From the sequence record DRR378314_1434: DNA of 64,000 bases; one strand, written 5' to 3'. The position numbers and the translations under genes are program-made. The stretch's first letter is position 1, and the number at the start of each line of letters is the position of its first letter. The notes under the pieces were generated by a model. It ran no database searches. It worked only from the letters and a program-made list of their open reading frames with translations, and had not been told where the DNA came from. Shown here one piece after another: positions 29,168-38,101 of the stretch.

Positions 29168-30793
29168 ATGGTCACCGTCTTCACAGCCAAAAAAATAATT
29201 ACAATGGATCCAAACTGCCCTGCTGCAACACATGTGGCGGTTCAGGATGGAAAAATTCTAAGCGTCGGAAGCGAAGATGATGTGGGCGGATGGGGGACGT
29301 ATACCCTGGATGAAACCTTTGCCGACAAAGTTATTATGCCGGGCATGGTCGAGGGACATTGTCATTTAATGGCAGGTGCAATTTGGCAATTTACCTATGT
29401 GGGGTATCAGGATCGAATTGACCCGGAAGGAAAATTCTGGCCGGGCGTTAAATCCCTGGCAGAGGTCCAAGAGCGTTTGCGTGAAGCCGAAGCCAAATTG
29501 TCAGACGATGAGCCGCTGGTGGCGTGGGGTTTCGATCCAATTTTTCTGGAAGGCCCGCGGATGACAAAAGCGGAACTGGATGCAGTTTCCAGCGGTCGTC
29601 CTATGGCTGTCATTCATTCCAATTTTCATCTGATGACTGTGAATTCAGCCTCCTTAAAGCTGGCAAATTATGTGGCGGATATGGGTGTCGATGGGGTCGC
29701 ACTTGGTGAAGATGGATCCCCAAGTGGTGAGCTGCAGGAAATGGCTGCCATGTTCCCCATCATGCGCCGTCTTGACATTAATCTTCGCGAATTGGGCCGT
29801 GCTTCCAAGAGTTTGCAGTCCTTTGGTCAGGTTTGTATGCGCGCAGGCGTAACATCAGCAGCCGATTTGATTAATGATTTGCCCGATGAGGACGTAAAAG
29901 AGATGACGGAAGTCACCTCCGGCGCTGATTATCCACTGCGTCTGCATTCCATGTTGAACGCCATGTCTCAAACCACGGAAGAGACCCGCGAGCGGGCGTT
30001 GACGTTGCGAGAGAAAAGCACAGATAAGCTGATCCTGGGCGGGGTCAAGATCGTTACCGATGGCTCCATTCAGGGGTTTACTGCGCGGATCCGCTGGCCC
30101 GGCCATTATAACGGTGCCCCAAATGGTATCTGGAATGTTGCGCCGCAACAATTGTTTGAACTGGTTGATGTCTTGAACAGTGCCGGTGTGCAGATGCATA
30201 TCCATACAAATGGAGATGAGGCGATCGAAGTGGCTCTGGACGCGTTGGAAGCTGCTAAGGTCAAGAATAACCGGCCTGACGTGCGCCATGTTTTGCAGCA
30301 TTGTCAGATGGCAGACAGAGCTCATTTTCGCAAGATGAAGCGGCTGGGCGTTCTGGCCAATCTGTTTTCCAATCACATCTATTATTTCGGTGACAAACAT
30401 ACCGAAATGACGATTGGCCCGGATCGGGCGCGGCGGATGGATGCATGTCGGAGCGCCACCGATATGGGGGTCCCGTTCACCATTCACTCTGACGCGCCGG
30501 TAACGCCGATGGCGCCGCTCTTTACCGCCTGGTGTGCAGTCAACAGGTTGACTGAAAGCGGGAAAGTTTTAGGCGAATATGAGAAAATTTCCGTGCCGGA
30601 AGCCTTATATGCCGTTACTTTAGGCGCTGCATATACATTGCAGATGGATCATTTGATCGGATCCATTGAAATTGGCAAATGGGCGGATTTTGCTGTTCTG
30701 GAAGAGGACCCTGAAGCAGTGGATCCCATAAAATTGAAGGACATCAAATTATGGGGAACGGTTCTGGGCGGCGAGAAGCATCAAATTCCATGA
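29168..30793 (+). CDS. Amidohydrolase_3 / YtcJ-like metal-dependent hydrolase
   Basis: PGMVEGHCHL (HxH), GGVKIVTDGS, HIHTNGD, LQHCQ, HSDAPV and GSIEIGKWADF. Confidence 0.88.
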   Translation: MVTVFTAKKIITMDPNCPAATHVAVQDGKILSVGSEDDVGGWGTYTLDETFADKVIMPGMVEGHCHLMAGAIWQFTYVGYQDRIDPEGKFWPGVKSLAEVQERLREAEAKLSDDEPLVAWGFDPIFLEGPRMTKAELDAVSSGRPMAVIHSNFHLMTVNSASLKLANYVADMGVDGVALGEDGSPSGELQEMAAMFPIMRRLDINLRELGRASKSLQSFGQVCMRAGVTSAADLINDLPDEDVKEMTEVTSGADYPLRLHSMLNAMSQTTEETRERALTLREKSTDKLILGGVKIVTDGSIQGFTARIRWPGHYNGAPNGIWNVAPQQLFELVDVLNSAGVQMHIHTNGDEAIEVALDALEAAKVKNNRPDVRHVLQHCQMADRAHFRKMKRLGVLANLFSNHIYYFGDKHTEMTIGPDRARRMDACRSATDMGVPFTIHSDAPVTPMAPLFTAWCAVNRLTESGKVLGEYEKISVPEALYAVTLGAAYTLQMDHLIGSIEIGKWADFAVLEEDPEAVDPIKLKDIKLWGTVLGGEKHQIP

Positions 30794-31761
30794 AGCAGGT
30801 CCGGACGCCACTTCCCATGACTGTTCTCTCCGGGTTTTTGGGGAGTGGCAAGACAACGCTGGTCAACAGGTTGCTCCGCAATTCGCGGGGGAAACGCATT
30901 CTGGTCATGGTCAATGATTTTGGCGATATCGCCATTGATGAAGATCTGATTATGGCCGAAGAGGACGGCATACTATCCCTTGCGAACGGATGCGTCTGTT
31001 GCAGCATGGGGGCAGATCTGTTTGAGGCCTTTGATAAAGCGCTGTCCTTGTCGCCGCAACCGGATCATTTGCTGATAGAAGCAAGTGGGGTTGCAGAGCC
31101 GCACAAGATTGCCAATTTCGCAAGGGCAGAGCCGGATTTAACCTTAAACGCCGTTGTAACCCTGGTGGATGCTGTGAATTTCCTGGATAGCATGGAAGAT
31201 CCGCATATTGGTGAGGTTCTGGTGCATCAGGTTAAGGCCGCGGATTTATTACTGCTCAGTAAATCCCAGCTGGCGACGAAAGAGCGTCTGCAAGTGCTTT
31301 CCGATTGCCTGGAGCAGATAGCGGCAACGACTGCGCTGGTGGATATGGAAAGCTATTCGGCGCTGGAAGACCTGGTTCTCGGCTCGCCCATCCATATTGA
31401 GCCGACGGCGCATTCATTTGCTCATGATCATGACCACGATCATGAAGACATTTTCTGCTCCTGGTCCTGTCAGATGACGGGCGACATTCCAGCTTCATCT
31501 GTCCGGTCCGTATTTCAGTCCTTACCGTCACAAATTCTTCGGGCCAAAGGGATCTTCGTCAATGCTGATGATGGGGAAACCTATGAAATGCATCGGGTTG
31601 GTCAACGGTTGGAAATTCAGAGATATACTGCAATTAGCGACCCTCCAGGCACTGCCAGGTTTGTGATTATCGGAACGACCCAACCGGAATTTGACGGGAT
31701 CGTTGCCCAACTGGATGCCGCGCTTAAAAATATGACTGGTTCCGCACGCAAAGCCGTCTGA
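30790..31761 (+). CDS. COG0523/CobW family G3E GTPase metallochaperone
   Basis: GFLGSGKTT, GCVCC, EASGVAEP, His-rich HSFAHDHDHDHE, LRAKG; ATGA overlap with the amidohydrolase. Confidence 0.9.
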   Translation: MKQVRTPLPMTVLSGFLGSGKTTLVNRLLRNSRGKRILVMVNDFGDIAIDEDLIMAEEDGILSLANGCVCCSMGADLFEAFDKALSLSPQPDHLLIEASGVAEPHKIANFARAEPDLTLNAVVTLVDAVNFLDSMEDPHIGEVLVHQVKAADLLLLSKSQLATKERLQVLSDCLEQIAATTALVDMESYSALEDLVLGSPIHIEPTAHSFAHDHDHDHEDIFCSWSCQMTGDIPASSVRSVFQSLPSQILRAKGIFVNADDGETYEMHRVGQRLEIQRYTAISDPPGTARFVIIGTTQPEFDGIVAQLDAALKNMTGSARKAV

Positions 31762-31916
31762 TTCCCGGTTTCGGTATATCAACATTGCTGTTCCATCTAT
31801 CCGTTCTGATCTTGGGGCAGCATTTCAAGAGTTCATTCTGGTGACCGAGAGCGTGGATGTTGGTTCTAAAGAGCACCCGATTGAATATGGGCATATCAGT
31901 TTAACAGTGATCGGGT

Positions 31917-34613
31917 TCAGTTGGTGGTCGAGCCATAACGCTTATAGAGAAAACCAAGCCCGATCAGCGATGCACCAAGTCCTAGGAAAGAAACGGCCCG
32001 AAGGATACCTTCCAATTCGTTCATGTCGAATAGGAAAACTTTGGCGACTGTCGCGAATATCAGAACGAAGGCGGCCTGTTTCATCAACAGCCAGTTGCGC
32101 CAAATGCCCACGCCCATCATTGCCCCAGCAAAGACCAGCCAGCCCACTGAATACGCATAAAATTCGCTCTCGGAGCGACTGGCGACAGATAAATTATTGC
32201 CGACGAACAGGTGGCGGATTTCCATGTTCATGTAAATAAAACTGAGGGCCCCGGCCAGAAACAGAGCCGCAACGCCCACTTTACGGTGAAGCTTGATTAA
32301 CGGCCGGTACGCAATGAGGAGCAAAATAGCCGGCACCAGATAAGCGAGTGACAACCAATTGATAAGCGGCCAAGTGTCAACAGATCCGTGATGGTTGAAA
32401 ATCGGGTTCAATAGGATAAGTCCGCCGGCGACCAACTGGAACAATCCCAATCCGCCCAAGATCAGAAAACCGATCCGGCGAACAGTTGTTTTTTGGTAGG
32501 AATAAAGCCAAAGAAGTCCTGTCGCATTCAAGAGTAACCCGGCGGTTTGGACTGACATTTCAGCAAATCCATATGGCTGCGGCCCTGTTTCATCCATGAA
32601 GATATGGCGGATCAACAGACACAGGAAGGTTGTCCAGATCAGGATAGTTGCGCCTTCCAGAAGGTTCACCAGATAATCCTGCTTCTCCTTTTTGAATTGC
32701 CAACAGGCATAAAGAAAGGCGCCAAGCGGGATCAGGAATTCCAGAGGTTGCCACTGTCCCAGATGCGGGGCGAATAGGACCTGCAGGAGTTCACTGTTCA
32801 GCTCTATGCGGATCAGGACCCAAAGAACCAGCAGGGCCGCGAGATGGCGGAACACACGCGCTGGAAACTGGGTAGAGATCCAGGCAATGGCCGCAACCTG
32901 CAGCCCAAACGCAATGTTTAACCAATGATCCTCCAACGCAAATGCCAGTGCCAGGCTGAGGCCCGCCGTACTTCCGATAGCAAAAACGCCGATGGAATGG
33001 TTATGGGTTTTTGAGTGGGTGAGGGATTGAGCCAACTGGCGGCAGGTAACCGCAAATATACCTGCCAGAATGAGGGCAGGTACGGCCCACTCCTTCGCTG
33101 TTGTGAAGCCATAGAGTTTGAAGTAAGCGATGGCGAGAGCCAGAACAGGGCCGGCAACGATATGCCCGGAAAAGGCAAGGGACGGTCCTTTTTTGACAAA
33201 AGCGACGATGCCAAATGCGACATAGAAAATTGCAATCGAGCTGGCGGTCACTAAAAAGTTCCACAAAGTCTGATTACTCTGTTGTCCGTAAGCGTCAGTA
33301 TGCTCCATCAGATGAAAATCGCCACTCCACCAACTGAGCAGGAGCAAAAGGGATGCAATATGGGTGACAATAGGAAGATGGCGAAACCGGTCCTGCCAAA
33401 AGGCAATACCGCCAGCATACACGGAGAGGGCGATGAGCGGCAGGATGGAGGAAACACTATGATCCGCGGCGTCGGCCAACAGCAAAGACAACAGCGAAAT
33501 GACACTGAGGGTCATCCAAATCTGACTCGGCGGTGAAACCTGCAGAAACTGAAATCGCGGTAATAGTTCGCTAACTAAGCTATCCAGATTTAAATAGGCG
33601 AAGATGTAGGTATAGAGGAGCATCAAACCCATCAGAAACAACTCTACCGGCGGAAATGCCGGGTTGGCGCCATGGGTGCTGAAAAGGAGCCAGAGAAGTG
33701 TCCAAACAGAGGTGCCAAAAAGGTTGACCGGACCCAGCCAAAGCCAGGGCCGAAGGTGTAAGATGGTCAGGCTTCCCGTAGCGATGATAAACAGATAGAG
33801 AAACAGCCCGAGGGTTGAGGCATCTGGCGAGGCGACAAGCAGCGGAACGCAGTAGCCGCCGAGGGTGCCAAGCAAGGCGAAGAGCGGCCCGAGTAGCAGG
33901 GCATAAGCAATAGCCGCGAGCGCAACAACCGCCATCAAAACCACGGTTGTGAGCGGAGAATAGAGATCCAGGTAACTATGACCCGCATAAATACTGCCAT
34001 ACAGAATTAGAAACCCAGCCGATGACACTGCAAGAGGGAGGTGATGCCAATCCAACTTGTCGGCAAGAGCCTCCGGTTGGCGCCGAAGCCATTCGCCGGC
34101 GCCCAAAAGACCAATGCCCAACAGCAGGGCCAGCATGAACCGGGCAAAGGGGCCGAGCAGTCCCTGATCCACAGAATATTGCACGATGAATATCCCACCC
34201 AAACCAAGGGCCGTTCCCCCAATCCAGGTCAGCCAGTTGACGCGTTTGAAAAACCCGTCAGAGGCAGGCCGTTCTTTGGGAGATGCAGAGGGCGACGCAG
34301 AGGGTCGCGGCGCAGGAGGGCTATTGTCTTCATATGGCTCTGAAATCGCGGGATCTTCTGTTTGTTCTGCAGCTTTAGCGGATCTCAGCGGTTGGTCTTC
34401 AGGTTTGGGCTCAACTGGTGCTTGCGTAGGAGGCGCGGATGCAGACGGCTGACTTTTCCAATCGTCGATCAGCTTATGCAGGGTAGAGAGTTGTTCTTTT
34501 AAGGACAGAATTTCTGTTCCCTGCCGCTTTACGGTCAGGGTAAGCCAGATCAATAAACCGATCAGCAGAAAGGGCAGGAGCAGGGAAATCAGGATAAGTA
34601 GGGGTTCTGTCAT
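31917..34613 (-). CDS. DUF2339 family predicted membrane protein
   Basis: N-terminal TM, coiled and Pro-rich linker, WIGG.AL.LGGIF, many TMs, and C-terminal KVFLFDM..LEGILRAVSFLGLG. Confidence 0.85.
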   Translation of the reverse strand: MTEPLLILISLLLPFLLIGLLIWLTLTVKRQGTEILSLKEQLSTLHKLIDDWKSQPSASAPPTQAPVEPKPEDQPLRSAKAAEQTEDPAISEPYEDNSPPAPRPSASPSASPKERPASDGFFKRVNWLTWIGGTALGLGGIFIVQYSVDQGLLGPFARFMLALLLGIGLLGAGEWLRRQPEALADKLDWHHLPLAVSSAGFLILYGSIYAGHSYLDLYSPLTTVVLMAVVALAAIAYALLLGPLFALLGTLGGYCVPLLVASPDASTLGLFLYLFIIATGSLTILHLRPWLWLGPVNLFGTSVWTLLWLLFSTHGANPAFPPVELFLMGLMLLYTYIFAYLNLDSLVSELLPRFQFLQVSPPSQIWMTLSVISLLSLLLADAADHSVSSILPLIALSVYAGGIAFWQDRFRHLPIVTHIASLLLLLSWWSGDFHLMEHTDAYGQQSNQTLWNFLVTASSIAIFYVAFGIVAFVKKGPSLAFSGHIVAGPVLALAIAYFKLYGFTTAKEWAVPALILAGIFAVTCRQLAQSLTHSKTHNHSIGVFAIGSTAGLSLALAFALEDHWLNIAFGLQVAAIAWISTQFPARVFRHLAALLVLWVLIRIELNSELLQVLFAPHLGQWQPLEFLIPLGAFLYACWQFKKEKQDYLVNLLEGATILIWTTFLCLLIRHIFMDETGPQPYGFAEMSVQTAGLLLNATGLLWLYSYQKTTVRRIGFLILGGLGLFQLVAGGLILLNPIFNHHGSVDTWPLINWLSLAYLVPAILLLIAYRPLIKLHRKVGVAALFLAGALSFIYMNMEIRHLFVGNNLSVASRSESEFYAYSVGWLVFAGAMMGVGIWRNWLLMKQAAFVLIFATVAKVFLFDMNELEGILRAVSFLGLGASLIGLGFLYKRYGSTTN

Positions 34614-34747
34614 CACATTGATCTGGTTTTTAAGGGTTTGTTATTGCTGATAAAATTTCGAAAAATAAAAAAGAATAAAAAAATTAAATATTCAAATTGA
34701 TGCCTAAGTCAGCAGATCATAGGGACAGAGTAGGAGCGATAACAGGG

Positions 34748-34788
34748 AAAAGACGGTGGGGATGTTCGGTGATGTGATCAACCCCACC
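34748..34788 (-). terminator. Probable intrinsic terminator downstream of the SDR gene
   Basis: ggtgggg...ccccacc stem, followed on the minus strand by gtctttt. Confidence 0.5.
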
Positions 34789-34798
34789 TTACCCGAAA

Positions 34799-35563
34799 TT
34801 AGGAGACGAGGCCGACAGCCTTGCGTCCTTCTTCTGTTTTGAGGGAAAAATCGGTGCCAGCGTAGGCTTTACCCTGTTCCGTACATAACCAGGCTATCGC
34901 TTTTGCAGCCCACTCGGCCGGAATATGGACGGATGGATCCAACTGGCTGACGGGGTTAATGCCGGATGCTTTGATAGAGATCTGCATCCCGGTGGCGACG
35001 GTTCCCGGGCTCATTCCGACGATGGTTATTCCCTGATCGCGATATTCCACGTCGGCGCACTTTGTCAAAGACAAGACGGCAGCTTTAGAGGAGCAATAAT
35101 GGCTCCATCCTTCCAGGGCACCAGTTGCCGCACCGGAGCTGACATTGACGATCGTTCCCTGACCGGCTTCCAACATATGGGGGAGGGCAGATCGCAATCC
35201 GTAATAGACACCTTTGTAATTGACATCGGCAACATGGGCCCAGTCGGAAGGATCGGAATCTGCCAGTTTGGCAATAGGGTCAATCAGGCCGGCATTATTG
35301 ACCAGAATATCCAGTTTACCAAAGTTGGCAATGGCGGCCTCTACCGCGTTCAGCAGATCTTCATAGTTGGCCACATCACAGGCGATGGCAACCGCCGCCC
35401 CGCCTGCATCCGTAATTTCTTTCGCCAAATCCTGAAGTGAGGTTTCGCTCCTTGCGGCGAGAACCAGCTTAACGCCCTCTGCTGCCATGAGGCGAGCAGT
35501 TGCAGCACCAATTCCTTTACTTGCCCCTGTAATCAGGGCAACTTTCCCGTTCAGTTCAGTCAT
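34799..35563 (-). CDS. SDR family NAD(P)-dependent oxidoreductase
   Basis: TGASKGIG, NNAG, VSS, YCSSK (YxxxK) and SPGTVAT. Confidence 0.92.
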   Translation of the reverse strand: MTELNGKVALITGASKGIGAATARLMAAEGVKLVLAARSETSLQDLAKEITDAGGAAVAIACDVANYEDLLNAVEAAIANFGKLDILVNNAGLIDPIAKLADSDPSDWAHVADVNYKGVYYGLRSALPHMLEAGQGTIVNVSSGAATGALEGWSHYCSSKAAVLSLTKCADVEYRDQGITIVGMSPGTVATGMQISIKASGINPVSQLDPSVHIPAEWAAKAIAWLCTEQGKAYAGTDFSLKTEEGRKAVGLVS

Positions 35564-35809
35564 GCATTATTCCATCATTAATGACATCGCCCGGAAGCTG
35601 CGCGGATAAAACGGACAGGGTTCAAAGGCGACGGAGAATTTCGAATTGTCGTGATTTGTAATCACAGTTGAACATTATGGGCAAGGTCCGGGATCAATGC
35701 AACTTTTGGACTTGATCGTAAATAACATCACGAAAATTACATAAGTTTCTGCTAACCTGTATGTGTGGAATAGTCATCATGATCAGGTTTGAGGCGCAGC
35801 GACCGAAAC

Positions 35810-36928
35810 ATGACAGCAGAAACAAGAGCAGAACAAATATTGATTGTCGGGGCTGGTGCGATTGGACGCGGGTTTCTGGCACCTCAATTCGTTGAAATCG
35901 GGTTTGAGGTGAGTTTTGCAGATCGGGATCCAAGCCTCATTAAAGAGTTTGATCGCAGCCAAAAAACCTACAAGACGGTCACGGTTCTGGACGATGGGTA
36001 TGACCTGCTGGAGGTGCCGTATTTAACATGTCGGCACCTGAACGAGACGGCGGACCAAGTCCAACAGGCGGAAATGATCGTTTTTGCGGTCGAAGATAGA
36101 GATTTAAAAGCGGCTGCTGGAGAGATCCGCCGACAGCTTGCTGGCGATGCAGCGGAAAAGACAATCCTGAATTTTTATCCGGATCCAGAAAATCAGAGCT
36201 ACCTGGAAACGCTATTTCAGCAACGCGCCAAGGTTCAGCCTTTCATCGTCGATACGCTGGTAAGCCCAAAACCCCCCGCAGAATTAATGCATATTGATCC
36301 TCTTTGCGTCTCAGCTTCGACTGGATCTATGGTGATGCCAGAAGACACGCAGTCCTATGGCACCCCGCCTTGGATGAGGGGGGTGGAGACAAGCTCATTT
36401 TGGCGGTTGCAGCGATATCTGGACCTGACAAGCCGCTTGGCGCTAACGTACCTTGGGACGCAGAAAGGGTACCGCTATTTGCATGAAGCTGCGGATGATT
36501 CCGAGATTTATGTAAAGGTATTGCATTTGGTTCGGCAGTTGCGGGATCAATTGCAACGAGACTACCAAATTCCCGATAAGTTCATGAATGAGTATCTTAA
36601 AATCAGTTTGAACCGGGTTTGGAATAAAAGGCTGAGATTTCCATTGGAGCATTCAGGACGACACCCGCTGGCGTATTTGGAAGAGGGTGGGTTGCTGCGG
36701 CAAGTTTATCGCTATCTGCGCGATAGCGATCAAGCCGTTGATGATATTACAGCGGTGATGATTAGCGCACTTCTGTATTCACAGTGCCCGGTGCTACAGC
36801 GCAAACGAAAATTGCTGGGGCCGACGCAACTGGTTCAGGATATTTGCGGATCAGAGCTTTCTTCTGATCTTTCCTATGAGTTGATCTCTGGTATTGAAGC
36901 TGGTGAGGATAACCCCACCAGCCGTTAG
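35810..36928 (+). CDS. Mannitol-1-phosphate 5-dehydrogenase (MtlD)-fold protein with degenerate catalytic motifs
   Basis: GAGAIGRGF, FAD, VD.LV, DPL.V, YLG..KGY and GRHPL align with MtlD, but the CEN, DR and RKLFTLNTGH motifs are substituted. Confidence 0.7.
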   Translation: MTAETRAEQILIVGAGAIGRGFLAPQFVEIGFEVSFADRDPSLIKEFDRSQKTYKTVTVLDDGYDLLEVPYLTCRHLNETADQVQQAEMIVFAVEDRDLKAAAGEIRRQLAGDAAEKTILNFYPDPENQSYLETLFQQRAKVQPFIVDTLVSPKPPAELMHIDPLCVSASTGSMVMPEDTQSYGTPPWMRGVETSSFWRLQRYLDLTSRLALTYLGTQKGYRYLHEAADDSEIYVKVLHLVRQLRDQLQRDYQIPDKFMNEYLKISLNRVWNKRLRFPLEHSGRHPLAYLEEGGLLRQVYRYLRDSDQAVDDITAVMISALLYSQCPVLQRKRKLLGPTQLVQDICGSELSSDLSYELISGIEAGEDNPTSR

Positions 36929-37473
36929 CAGTAGCGTAGGCGTTTTTTCGGATCAAAGACGGGGTCATGATTGGCGACGGTAAGCTGAATAAGGTCGTCA
37001 CTTTTTTCTGTGTAAAAGGGTTTGCCGACCTCTTGGTAGAAGTTGCCAAAGCGCGCTGGATTTGCAACCGGGTCATTCTCGATCCGGGTGATAGCGTGAT
37101 AGGGTCGGTCCTGGAGGAAGCCGTCCCATTGAGTGATAAACTGTTTGAAGATCCCTTTTCTGCGGTATTCCGGGATAACACTTAACCAGCATATTTCAAG
37201 GCTATAGGGGTTATACATCTCTGGCACGCCGGCCTGAATAAATAAATGTTTATGGTAATGGACATTTTGGTAACGCGCGCAGCAAACCCCAGCGATATTC
37301 TTACCAACCATGCCAAAAAACAGCATTTCCGCCATCGGGACACCCCGTTTCAGATTAGGCAACGGCGCTTCCCCACCGTTCAGGACGATTTCAATGAAAC
37401 GGTTTCTCATGTCGGCAGAGCAATCGATAGGCCGCCGCATGATGACTTTTAACAGGGGTTCAGCGTCTGACAT
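36925..37473 (-). CDS. Uncharacterised GNAT-like protein (paralogue A)
   Basis: EICWLSVIPEYRRKGI resembles GNAT motif A; HAITRIEN; ATG 37473 has an AAGGAAG RBS. Confidence 0.7.
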   Translation of the reverse strand: MSDAEPLLKVIMRRPIDCSADMRNRFIEIVLNGGEAPLPNLKRGVPMAEMLFFGMVGKNIAGVCCARYQNVHYHKHLFIQAGVPEMYNPYSLEICWLSVIPEYRRKGIFKQFITQWDGFLQDRPYHAITRIENDPVANPARFGNFYQEVGKPFYTEKSDDLIQLTVANHDPVFDPKKRLRYC

Positions 37474-37483
37474 ATCTTCCTTC

Positions 37484-38032
37484 TCACTGGGGTTTTGCAT
37501 AAATCAGTTTTTTGGTGGGATCAAAAACAGGGTCATGGTTGGCCACCGCCAGCTGGATCATGTTCTTATCCGTAATCGGATAAAATGGTTTGCCAGCGGT
37601 TTCATACCCATAAGGCGAGAGGTCTGCAACTCGATCATTTTCGGTCCGGGTGATGGCGTGATGAGGGCGGTTGCCCAAAAAGCTTTTGCGCAGTTTTTGC
37701 ATCACGGTCCATCCCCCCAGATTTCGAAATTCTGGCAGGATGCTGAGCCAACATACCTCAACACTATGTGGATTATACATGCGGGGTACGCCCGCCCGCT
37801 CAAACAGGTGTCTGTGATACCTCTTCTCCTGATAGCGAACTGCGCTCACGCCCACGACCTGCTGATCAGCCAGCATGAAAAAGAGCATTTCCGCTTTTGG
37901 GATGCCGGATCTCAGATTGGCCAGCGGGACCTCCCCGCTGGTAAGAACAATCTTGGCAAATCGATTGAGCAACTCATTCGTGCAGTTGATGGGTCGCTCC
38001 ATCGCTGCTTTAATGTCGATTTGATCCCCCAT
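37484..38032 (-). CDS. Uncharacterised GNAT-like protein (paralogue B)
   Basis: EVCWLSILPEFRNLGG and HAITRTEN; collinear with paralogue A over its full length. Confidence 0.7.
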   Translation of the reverse strand: MGDQIDIKAAMERPINCTNELLNRFAKIVLTSGEVPLANLRSGIPKAEMLFFMLADQQVVGVSAVRYQEKRYHRHLFERAGVPRMYNPHSVEVCWLSILPEFRNLGGWTVMQKLRKSFLGNRPHHAITRTENDRVADLSPYGYETAGKPFYPITDKNMIQLAVANHDPVFDPTKKLIYAKPQ

Positions 38033-38101
38033 AACGTTCCCGGTATCCCGTTTTATCGAGTTGATTTGAGACTATCATAGGGCGCAGATCTTTTCAGGGA
38101 C

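Noticed and set aside
37310..38080. 256-aa + strand ORF over the GNAT pair
   Set aside because: Antisense to two mutually homologous ORFs whose conservation explains the sequence.
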